A stretch of DNA of 64,000 nucleotides from the human T2T-CHM13v2.0 reference genome, Homo sapiens, in assembly GCF_009914755.1 (NCBI RefSeq), contig NC_060927.1; one strand, written 5' to 3'. Of the stretch, positions 14,651-27,100 are shown in pieces. Positions within the stretch are counted from its first letter, which is position 1. Each line of letters opens with the position of its first letter. Made by a program: the position numbers and the translations under genes. The notes under the pieces were generated by a model, which had not been told where the DNA came from, ran no database searches, and saw only the letters and a list, made by a program, of their open reading frames with translations.

Positions 14651-15412
14651 TATTTAAACATGAAATGATCCCCTAATATAACTAAGTTGTGTCGTGTCTC
14701 TTTTTCTGTTACATACCAACTCTTACCAGAAGCATCTTTTCAAGGTGATGGATGATGAGGGGACCCTGCTTGGACTGATCTCTATCTCCTAGGATAGAGA
14801 TCTGAAAAGGAATGTTGCTCAGTAGAAAGAATCTTTGTGGTCAAGAAACCAGGTTTCCCAAGAGAACACTTTTGAGTCTTCTTAATGTATCCATCTGTGA
14901 CCGAGAGGGCAGAATACAATTCCCTGTGTGTATTCCATGTGCTCCACAGCTACATCCACATCCAGAAGGTCAAAGAATGGTATTTCATTACAATTAGAAT
15001 TGACACTTTAATACAGTTCAAATTTTCAATGCTAAGGAGAACCTGCATAAGGATTTTGAACTAATCACACTTTCAGGTGATTCTGCTTTAGCACACAATT
15101 TCTTCAAAAAAATGATTATAGTTGTAGGAAAAGTCCATTTATTAGGACAACAACAAATGGTATGTACTGCAGTGGTGCTATTACAGCAAAAAAAAAAAAA
15201 AAATCCATCAGTTCAGCACTTCAGTTTTATAAAGAATAGGATTTTTTAAACACAAAATTATAAATTGAAAAACAAATTAGCTTATTTTATAGTCACTCAA
15301 ACTTACAATCCAAAATTCATTTAAGTGAGCTTTATCTGAAAAGGATGTTTGCTACTTGCTTTTTCTAATATATTTTTCTATATTTTTTTCTTATTGTAAA
15401 AGCAATATAAAT

Positions 15413-15590
15413 CACTGGAGAGTTACCCTTTAATGGGTGCGGAGTTTCACTTGTGGATGCTGAAAAAGTTCTAGAAATGGATGGCGATGACGGATGCACA
15501 ACAATATAAATGTACTTAATGCTACAGAACCACATACTTAAGAAAGGGAAAAATGGTCAACTTTATGTTATATATATTTAACCACAATGA
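15413..15590 (+). mobile_element. 5'-truncated L1MB-type 3' end
   Basis: ttaatgggtgcggagtttc...gaaaaagttctagaaatggat...aatgtacttaatgc; TSD aaaagcaatat(a/g)aat at 15398 and 15591. Confidence 0.85.
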
Positions 15591-15769
15591 AAAAGCAATA
15601 TGAATTAATCACAAGATTTTAAAAATACACAAACGTACAACAAACAAAGTTAAAATCACCTGTGACTTCATTTACAGCACAATTAATATTTTGGTACAGT
15701 GTCCTCTGTATGCCTATGTACCTATAAACATACATGCACACTTATAATACACTTAAACATTTGGGGAGT

Positions 15770-16960
15770 TTCATTCACTAATTCAACATGTATTTATTAA
15801 GTGCCTAGAGCTAAACACCCTGTGAGCCCTGAGGATGCAACAAGGACAATACAGAGCCCCTGAGCAGCAGGGTATATGCCTGCTTTAGGAAGGACGAACA
15901 GACATGACCTCCAGGCAGAGACAATTGTTAAGGTGAGAACTAAAGGAGGATGAGAGGCTAGCTAGGTCTGCAAAGTGTTGGGGAAAGACTATTCCAGGCA
16001 GAGTGAATGGCATATGCAAAAGTTTCGAAGGAGGAAAGAGGTTGGTATGCTAGAGAAACAGCATGAAGCTCAGACAGAGGGTGGCTCAGGTTGAGGTTAA
16101 AAAGAGAAGCACTAGTGGATAATGAAAAATGTGATATCTATACACCATGGAATACTACTCAGCCATAAAAAGGAACAAAATAATGTCTTTTGCAGCAACC
16201 TAGATGAAGCTGGAGGCCATTATTCTAAGTGAAGCAATGGAAAACCAAATACCATATGTTCTCACTTATAAGTGGAAGCTAAGCTATGAGGACAAAAAGA
16301 CATACAGAGTGATTTAATGGACTTTGGGGATGTAGGAGGGGAGATTGAGAGGTGGGTGAGGGATAAAAGACTACACACTGGGTGCCGTGTGCACTGCTCA
16401 GTGACATGTGCACTCAAATCTCAGAATTCACCACTAAAGAACTCATCCATGTAACCAAAAGCCACCTGTACCCCAAACACTACTGAAATTTTTAAAAAGA
16501 GAGAGAGAGAAGCAGTCGCCAGACAATTCTGTGCCTTGCAGGCCATGATAAAGAGCTTGCATTTTATTCTACGTGTGTAACAATGCACTGAGAGGATTTG
16601 AGTCATGGAGGTAGAGGACGTGGTCTAAATATCAACGTTTCTTTTGCAGTTGTGTAGTGTGTATGCACACGCAGGGTCATGTGTAGAGGTGGAAGTCAGA
16701 AGAAGCCAGTAGAGCTGATGATCACACAAGTCCTGAAGTAGCCTAGACTAAGGGAGTGTCTAGGAAGAAGGACAGGAAGGGGCAGAGAAGAGATGTAATT
16801 TAAAACTAGAACTGATACAGTTTGGTGACATGATGGAGGAAGACACCACATGCAATGGAGTCAAAAAGGAATCCAATGTTTGTGCTTAACTGGTAATGAA
16901 CAGCTTTGAGTGGAATACAGAGATCTATTAGGTATCTTTTAAGTGTAGGATGTGTAGGAT
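15770..16960 (-). mobile_element. L2 fragment split by an L1PB insertion
   Basis: ttcattcactaattcaacatgtatttattaagtgcct...attccaggcagagtgaatggcatatgcaaaag; resumes with gccttgcaggccatgataaagagcttg. Confidence 0.75.
16114..16500 (+). mobile_element. L1PB-type 3' end
   Basis: caccatggaatactactcagccataaaaagg...gagggataaaagactacac...aatctcagaattcaccactaaagaactcatccatgtaacc; TSD agagaagca. Confidence 0.88.
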
Positions 16961-17359
16961 CATGCCACATATATGGATTTATATCTATGTTTTCTAACAA
17001 ATAATTCATAAGCATTTGCAATATTAGTGTACAAAAATATAGTTTTAAGGGCTACGTAGTATTTTATCTCATCAATTCATCACAACCTATTTAACCTATT
17101 ACCAATTAGTAGGCATAAAAATTGTTTCTACTTTGATTATCCTCCTTGAACAAAATCTATCTGTGTACTTCTGATTATCTTCTTGAGATCTTTGGAGATA
17201 TTGAAACAAAAAGCACAAAAAATGTTTAAGGCCCTTGATACAAATTCCCTCCAGAAAGATCATATTAGCTTTCCTTCTTCCAGCTTTATTTTAAATAGCT
17301 CCAAAGTAGGTACGTAAACTCATGGCAATATTATGAGTTTCATGTTAATAGACATTTGT

Positions 17360-17786
<427 letters not shown>

Positions 17787-18224
17787 TTAAAGGTTCTTGA
17801 TAAATACTCACAAAATGCATTACCTAAAGGTTATGGCAGTTTCTACCAAATCTGGAAGAAATTCAGCATCACTCAACTGACAATTACAGTGTCAAAATGA
17901 GACTAATTTTTCCCATTTTAATTATGGTTTTTAAGAATTTTCCACCAATAATTTGAACAGATGTCAACAATGTATTAAAGAGACCACATGATGGTAAAAC
18001 TGTCCCCTTTCATTTTGAGAAACTGCTTGTTCTAGTAAGAAAATTAATTTGGAGTATGGCTTAGTGAGAAATAATGAATGACTGCCATGATCATATTTAT
18101 TCAACTAAAAAAACAAAAACTCTCACATCTAAAAAATACACAAATAAAGAACATTCAGTGGATGTGTTCTTTACACAATTACTTCCAACCTCCCTTCTCT
18201 AAACATTCAAGCATTGGTCTAGGT

Positions 18225-18430
18225 CAGGGGTCAGCAAAATATTTCCATAAAAAGCTAAGATAACTATTTTCCAGCCTTGAGAGTGCACATGAACTCTATC
18301 CAACTGCTCAATTCTGCTTCTGTAGTGTGAAAGCAGCCATTGACAAGATGTACATGAAGTTGTTTTTCAGTGAAAGTTTATTTACAGAAAGAGGCAGATT
18401 TGTCCCTTGGGCCATAGTTTCTAAATCCTG
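18225..18430. mobile_element. MER58A-like hAT MITE
   Basis: caggggtcagcaaa...atcctg termini; 8-bp TSD gtctag(g/a)t. Confidence 0.8.
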
Positions 18431-18553
18431 GTCTAGATGTTGGTCATGCCTCTTCAGGTAAGGAATTCTCCTTAAGTAATTGTTGGGGTAGAGTTCAAGT
18501 AATACTTGGTGTGGAGGTGGAGGGTGTTCCTTGTCTCCCAGGTTAGTCTATGC

Positions 18554-18749
18554 CAGTGGTTCTCAAAGTATGGTCCCATGAGACTGGCAGCAGCAGCAAT
18601 ACCCAGAAACTTACATGAAATAAAAATGACTGGTCTCTACCCCAGGACTTGATAGAATTAGAAATTCTAGGGGTGGAGGTTCAGCAATCTGTGTTTTAAC
18701 AAGCCTTCCAGATGATTCTAATACCTGCTAAAGTTTGTGGACCAATGGT
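18554..18749. mobile_element. MER5A hAT-Charlie MITE
   Basis: cagtggttctcaaagtatggtcc...gcaatctgtgttttaacaagcc...aagtttgtggacca. Confidence 0.85.
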
Positions 18750-19639
18750 CTCAGCCACATCAAAACGTCCTAATGAAATATGGGGAGCTAGGCTCTATTT
18801 CTCACAGCAGGTCCTCATCTCTTGCTAATCTCAAGTGCTGCCACCCCACTGTGCGGCTGACAGTAACAGGCACACACCACACATGACTCCAGACACGGGG
18901 TACCTCAACACACATGCAGAGATGGAAGCTATTCCCCGAGTGGTACAAAGACTATTGTTCTTTTAGTCATGTTTCTGTAAAAGTTAAAAAATACAAACAA
19001 AAAAGAAACGTGTGGTGAGTGTGATGTGAGAGAGAGGCTGCGAGACAGATTTATGTATGCTGATGAAGCTCAAGAAGCTACTATTTACATTTAACTCCCC
19101 ACATGAGCAAGCATGAAACATTTTGCTAGCACTTCAGGAAATCCACTTTATTATTATTTTCTGCCTGCCTTCTCTGTTCTTTTCTCTTGGTGAATCTTTT
19201 TATTATAAATTTCATCCCGCAGTGAGAAAAAATTTGAATTAAGCATGGAAAGAAAAGCAAGCTTAGGTTTAAATGCCATCATCTTGATTTTTTCATTATT
19301 TACAGCCTTTGGTGCTTCTTGTATTTATTCCAGTTACACTAAGATAGTGGAATAACATCTGTTCAGAAAAAAAATAACAAAGGATTTATATACAGAAAGC
19401 AGAAAGACAATGTTCCCCTATTGGTAAAGTAATATAGCTGATGTGAGCTTATGGCATGCCCTCGTAAACAGCTGCATAGCCTCACCAAAAGCTGAAATCA
19501 AGTGTCTCTACATTCAGAATGCTGAGTGGAATCTAAAGATACGGGTGTCTGTGCCCTTTGAGAATATTCTAAATTCTTGAAAAGATACTCTATTAGAATT
19601 CTAACTGGACCAATTGGACTCGAGATGACAGTGAACACT

Positions 19640-19840
19640 GATTAAGTACTTTCAATGAGCCAGATAGCAATATGAAGCAATAACTTTATAATCCTTACTC
19701 CCACCCAATGAGATTACTAGTCTCATTTTACAGAAGTATAAACTGAGGCTCAGAAGTTGCCCCATCACCCAGGTAGCAAGCAACAGAGGAGACGGGACTC
19801 AAATCCGGGGGAGTATGACTGTCTGTGTTCTTGACCAGAG
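19640..19840 (-). mobile_element. MIR
   Basis: ctcattttacagaagtataaactgaggctcaga...gggactcaaatcc. Confidence 0.7.
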
Positions 19841-20069
19841 AGGTCTAGGAAATGTTCACAATCAGAATGATAATAAAGACAAACCAGGAAGCACCAGTAT
19901 AGAAAATAAAAGCAAAAAACCAACACATATTCTTTCTAAATTCAAGTTCTTGTACTTGCAAAGGTTTTTAAGCCAGTGCCTGATTCTGGGAAGTCTCCCA
20001 AAAGCATAGCTGGTGCTGTAGAAATTTGTTGATATGATCAGTGTCCCCACAGAGTGTGTTTCTTTCAGT

Positions 20070-20310
20070 AGTATATGGTTAAGAGTGCTGAACTTCAAGC
20101 GAGGCTTGATTAGTTCAGATCGAGGCCCCAAATTCACCAGCTTGCCTTGGGCATGTTGCTCAACTTCTCTGAGCCTCAGTTCCCTAATCTATCAGGTGGG
20201 GATAATAATAGTATCTGCTCAAAAGGGCTGTGCAGCTTCATGAGATCATGCACTAACGCAATATCCAGTATAACACATAGTAAGTGTGCAGTAAATTGTT
20301 ACTTTTACCA
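20070..20310 (+). mobile_element. MIR, near full length
   Basis: tggttaagagtgctgaac...ctctgagcctcagttccctaatctatcaggtggggataataatagtatct...acacatagtaagtg. Confidence 0.85.
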
Positions 20311-20726
20311 AGGCTCATAACAATGCAGTGTGTAAGCTTGATTAGATCTGGAATTTAAAAAAATAAGAACAACAGAGACGTTTATGGCTCAGCTAAGGGA
20401 ATGTTGACTATGAACTCAAAGTTCGATGATGTTACTGAACGAATGCTGATAAGTGACAACTGCATCATGGCTTGTAGGAAAATGTCATCATTTTGTGGTA
20501 ATTTTTGGTTATTTGGGGATGAGTTATCATGATATCTGTACCCTAAACTCAGATAACCTAGCAAAATGGAAATAGGTGTAAATATGGACAGATGGCATGG
20601 GTGTAGCAAGATGTTAACAGCTGGTGAATCCTGGTGATGGGAGTACATGTTTTGTTGTTTTTTCAACACTAGCGTGGGTTTGGAAACTTTCAAAGTAAAA
20701 AAGTAAAATAAAATATATATATATAT

Positions 20727-20990
<264 letters not shown>

Positions 20991-22325
20991 AATAATTATT
21001 TTTAAAAGCAGTTACAGTCATAAGGACACTGTAAAACATCTATGTGAATCTCAATATAAAAACCAAAGACTGACTTTCCTTCTAACCTGCCACATCATAA
21101 AGTTGTCCAAATGGCCCTCTCAATGCCTACCATATGAAGAAACCAAGAGAGTGACATCTGAATGGCACAGACTTCCAGAGAACACTCAGCCAAGGCATAA
21201 GAGCAAGGTTTGTTTCCATGAGCCAGCACCCAGGGGTAAACCCTTGTAATCCAGGGTTTTAGGAATCTGCTGACAGGTAAGATGTTTTAAATGTTTTTAT
21301 GCAAATACAACTGAGATCCCATTGGTATTCCACAGCCTTGAACATCCATAGTAATTAACACAAATGTTCTCCTACCCTCCCAGCCTCACCCCAATTTATT
21401 CACAGACTGGAATAGATAATCTGGATTGCAAACTGTATTCTAATATGATCTGACGTCATTCATGCAACAGTTGGCTGGGGCCAGAGTTCTAGGTGCTCTG
21501 ACCTACATTGGGAAATCTCATTCTGACTGCATTACAGTATAGCATGCCACTTCAATTTCTACTGGACTGTGAGAGCAGAAACCACTGTGATACACACATC
21601 ATTTGATGGGTCTGAAAAAAGTGACACAATTTCCCATCAACAGAGCATCCTTGAGTCTATTCTCTACACAGCGCCTCTCTTTAAATAGTTTCAAATTCAG
21701 AAACAAAAGAGAGAGTCACAAGTAATCGCCATGGTCCCGGGGCAGAGGGAGGAAGAGGGATACGGGAGGAGAGGGGCACCTATTTTATGTAAATGTGGTT
21801 GTGTACAAAACAAGTTCTAGACTTATTTCATATGTTGCCAACCCACTAAGTTAAACATTCTCAAACCATTAAGATTCATCTCTCTGATTGACCACAGCTC
21901 TCATTTTTCAAGAATGTGGTACATAGTGCTCTTATTTAAAAAATATTTAGGGGAGAGAGTTCTAGGCTGATTATCAGATATTTCTAATCTCCATAATTCC
22001 ATAAACGATTATAATTTGCACACTCCACTATTTTCATTCCACCTCACTGTAGTCTTCCAGCTGCTATTCAAAAGTGATTATAAATAATGGGGCTATAAAA
22101 GCCATTCAGTAATTAGGACACTCACTGGCCATATGCCAATCTTGACAATGGAAGGTGATTTATGTAAGACAACCCTATCACATCTGCCATCCTGGTTTCC
22201 CCTCTGACAGGCTCACTGGTCACGTATTAACATTGCCCTTAATGATCATTTTTTTCTTGACTAAAGAGCAAACGGGCAACCCAAAGTTCTACAGCTTTTT
22301 TTTTAAACTATGTTTATAAGGGAAA

Positions 22326-22370
22326 ACACATACACACACACACACACACACACATACACACACACACACA
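22326..22370. repeat. Interrupted (CA)n microsatellite
   Basis: Direct reading of the sequence. Confidence 0.95.
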
Positions 22371-22602
22371 TTAAGCCATTTATTTTCTGTCTTGTCATTT
22401 AACATATCCAGAGAAAGGAGAGAAGGCATAGAATGAAGTAAACTGGATCAGGTAAAAATCCTGGCACTTGCCATCAAATAGGAAAGACCTCAATGAATTC
22501 CAAGTACAAAAACAAAAAACTTCAGACCCAGCCGACCAAATCTTATCCCCTCAGCACAAAGGCTTCAATATACACAAGGTTAAGCCCATTGCAGGCTTTG
22601 CC

Positions 22603-22810
22603 TAGTGTTTCTCAAAAGGAGTGCCACTGCCATCTTGGGCAGGACAATTCTTTGTCACTGTGAATTTGTTCCATGAAACTCTGGACATTCAGCCTCCCTG
22701 TTCTTGGCAGCTCCAAACTAAATGCATGGTGTATTCCCTAGTTACTGTGACAAACCTAGTGTGACAGTCCCACCCAGGGGTTGGGTAAACATATAGAAAT
22801 TGGGAACAGT
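22603..22810. mobile_element. MER20-like hAT MITE, diverged
   Basis: agtgtttctcaa...gggcaggacaattctttgt...gttactgtgacaa. Confidence 0.5.
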
Positions 22811-22900
22811 TATACTTAAGTGCCCCTTTACACATATGTGGAATCTTCTTTCTTATTTTTCTTTTAGAGCAAAGAGCATATTAGAAAAAAAAATATTGCA

Positions 22901-23254
<354 letters not shown>

Positions 23255-23419
23255 TTATATTGGTGATGATTCCAAATTGTTGAGATTTGATATGCACATG
23301 CATATATTTCCATACATTTCTTCTAGCACAGGGCTGTTGTGCGAAAGGCAGCACGGTTTAGGGCTGGGAACACAGGTACGAAAGGCTTTCTCTGAAAACT
23401 GTATCTAAAAGACACTGCT

Positions 23420-23650
23420 CCATCAGTGTCTGTTCTATTGCTCTGGTTTATTGCATTCATAGCAGTTATGATTCTTTGAAATTCTTATTTATATATTTAT
23501 CTTGTTTATTGTCTGTCATCCCCACCCCCCAAACCATGAGAGTTTCCTATGAAGACTGAGATCCTCTTAGCCTAGAATAGAGTCTCTTGGACTACAGGAG
23601 GAGCTGGCATAGACTATGTGACTGAACAAGTGAGTGAATAAAGGATGATA
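23420..23650 (+). mobile_element. L2 3' end
   Basis: tttatcttgtttattgtctgtc...gactgaacaagtgagtgaataaa. Confidence 0.6.
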
Positions 23651-23669
23651 CTGCTAATTAAAATGACAC

Positions 23670-23880
23670 AGGCAGTGGCTAAAGCAGAACTAGGCAGACC
23701 TAAGTTCCCATCCTGACTTTGCCATCTGCTGCCTCTGTGTGTTCTTGGGCAACTTACTTAATCACTCTGGGTCTCCATTTCCTCATCAGAAAAATGGGGA
23801 TAAGAATAGCATCTACCTGACAGGGCTGTCATGAGGACTAAATGAGAATATACAACGTAATGCTCACTAATGTGAGCTAC
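23670..23880 (+). mobile_element. MIR
   Basis: ttgggcaacttacttaatcactctgggtctccatttcctcatcagaaaaatggggataag. Confidence 0.85.
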
Positions 23881-24059
23881 CCTTTCCTTCATCATCTGAC
23901 TTGAAAGTGACATGATTCAAATATACCTTTCATGAAATTCTATTCTCCAAGAAGGTAACAGAAAAGAATTTTTTTTAAGATTCATGATTATGACAATGTA
24001 CAAAACAAATGAGTTAAACAAGCCAGCCTTTCCATATCTCCAGACTGCAAACTAATTAA

Positions 24060-24669
<610 letters not shown>

Positions 24670-24670
<1 letters not shown>

Positions 24671-24980
24671 TTACTTTCATTTGCATTGCCCTGATGACTG
24701 ACAATGTTAGTCTTGTCAAGTACTAACAGAAGTGTCTTTTCATTTGTTAAGTTTCTATTCAAATTGTTCATCAGTGTATATTGGTTGTCTTCTTAATGTT
24801 GACTTGTAAAGGCCCCTTATATATCCCTCATATCAGTCCCTTGCAGAAAAACATTTTTCAAGTATTCTCTCCCAGTCTGTGGTTACCAATTCATTTTCTT
24901 AATGATGCCTTTTGATGAGTGGAAATGTTCTATGTTGAAATGAAGTCTAATTTATCAATTTTTATGGTTATTTTTTCTCT
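24670..24980 (-). mobile_element. L1M ORF2-end fragment
   Basis: atttgcattgccctgatgactgacaatgtt...tattctctcccagtctgtgg...gaagtctaatttatcaattttt. Confidence 0.7.
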
Positions 24981-25106
24981 ATTATTAATTTACTACAGAT
25001 GAGTCAGAAAACAAAATAACGAAATAGAAGAACTCTGGGCAAGGAGTCAGGGGGCCTGGATTTGAGACTTAAATCTGCACAGGTATTTGAGTTTCGGGAA
25101 GTCATC

Positions 25107-25891
25107 TGGGAGGGTTGATTTTATGTGTTAACTTGACTGGGCCACAGCATGTCCACGTATCTGGTCAAACAGAATTCTGGGTGTTTCTGTGATGGGGTTT
25201 TGAGATAAGGTTAACATTTGTATCAACGGACTGAGTAAGCCAGATTGCCCTCCTTAGTGTGGGTGGGCCCCATCCAATCAGTTGAAGGACTGAATAGAAC
25301 AAAATTACTGTCCTTCCTCCAAATAAAAGAATTACTTTCCAGCCAGGTGCGGTGGCTCAGGCCTGTAATCCCAGCACTTTGGGAGGCCGAGGTGGGCAGA
25401 TCACCTGAGGTCTGGAGTTCGAGACCAGCCTGACCAACATGGAAAAACCCCGTCTCTACTAAAAATACAAAATTAGCCAGGCGTGGTGGTGCATGCCTGT
25501 AATCCCAGCTACTCAGGAGGCTGAGGCAGGAGAATCGCTTGAACCCAGGAAGCAGAGGTTGCAGTGAGCCAAGATCGTAGCCTGGGCAACAAGCGCAAAA
25601 CTCCGTCTCAAAAAAAAAAAAAAAATTACTTCCGTCTGACTGCTTTGAGCTGGGAATCAGTTTTTCCTGTGTTCAGACTAGAACTGAAACATGGGCTCTT
25701 CTTGGGTTCAGGTCCACCAGCCTTCAAACTGGGAGTACCATCAGCTCCTCTGGGTCTTCAGCTTGTCATGTGCAGGTCTTGGGATGTGCCAGTCTCTATA
25801 ACTGTGTGAGCCAATTCCTTAAATGAAATCTCCTTCTCTCTATATATACATCCTACTGGTTCTGTTTCTCTAGGGAACACTGACTAATACA
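25107..25891 (+). mobile_element. MLT2-type ERVL solo LTR interrupted by an Alu
   Basis: gttgattttatgtgttaacttgactgggcc...ccatccaatcagttgaagg...ggttctgtttctctagggaacactgactaataca. Confidence 0.88.
25341..25624 (+). mobile_element. AluSp/Sq with a short right-arm deletion
   Basis: ctgaccaacatggaaaaaccc and gggcaacaagcgcaaaactcc; TSD aattactt. Confidence 0.9.
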
Positions 25892-26934
25892 TCATCTGCC
25901 TCCTTTAGCTCCAACATAGCATGAAGCATTCTACTCAATTCTTAATGAATATTGCTGGAATGTCTAATACATCGGCTCTAATTCACATATGTATAAATGA
26001 ATAAGTTGGATTCGACAACCCCAGAGGCCTCTCCTGTTCTAAGAGCCTCTGATACTTATCTTGCTCTCACCTTTCCATTCCAATGACTCCTTTTCCCTCA
26101 GGTGTCCTCCACCAAAATTAATTCGGCTGTGCTTCTCAGAAAAAGCGACAAAGCTCCCTCCCAGCTAATCAGCTTAGAAGTAATTCTAACAGGCTCCAGC
26201 TACATAGAAACCTGTTCTGGTTTGATTGTCCTCACCTTTTTGGAAGGAAGCTGAAGAGTTCACAAAAATTCAACATTGTTGTATGTTTATTCACAACAAG
26301 GGTTGCAGCAGTTGAATTCTCTTAACTTCCTCTCCGAATATATTGCTTATATACTGACGTATTTACCCGAATCCTAAAATAACATTTTAAAACTGCAAGG
26401 AAGATACCAAATGCACCAATAAATCCAACTAACGAGTGTTCCTATTAGGGAAGAAAGTCCCTGACACATTATAGTTCCCAAAACACAGAAGGAGATCAAA
26501 CGTTTGTCACTGAAACAAACTGAAATAGGTCCACACTTCAGCCTTTGGGAACTGTGACACCCTCTTTTTTGTTGCTTGATTCCAAACCAGTCCTTATGAG
26601 AAAGAAAATTATCTTTACCCATTCATGTGACTTTAAATAAATTTTGCAATGCCCTTTGAGACCAAACCACACCCTTGGAGATACCAAACCACAATTGAGA
26701 ATTTTTGCTTTCTAATAAGCCTATATTAAAAAAAAAAAAGTAGGTGATGGTGACTGAGAGCTATAGTAAGAACCTGAAGGGATTCAGTTCACTAAGCTTC
26801 CCCACATGGCTCTAACAGCAAAAGCACAGAGCTGCTCTCTCTTGGGGTCCTGGAATGTTCTAACGACAAGGCATCAGCCAGGCTTACTCAGAGTGGAAGT
26901 GGCAACCGAATGTTGTTACCTCTAAGACAGGGAA

Positions 26935-27100
26935 GTAAACTTCAATGAACACTGAAATCACCTGGGGCATGTCTATAATAGCACCAGCGCCTAGGCCCCC
27001 ACTTCAGACCAATTCAGAATCTATAGGGAAGGACTAGGCATCGGTATTTTTTTTCTAATCTCCACTAGTAATTCCAAAGTGTAGCCAGGGTTCTAAGCCT
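26935..27100. mobile_element. MER5-type fragment
   Basis: aatcacctgggg...cctaggccccacttcagaccaattcagaatct...gtagccagggtt. Confidence 0.6.

Noticed and set aside
23720-23732. Second CTCF-like word (GCAGCAGATGGCA, minus strand) within a MIR
   Set aside because: Mismatch at the first core C, no CpG retention, and such partial matches are frequent.
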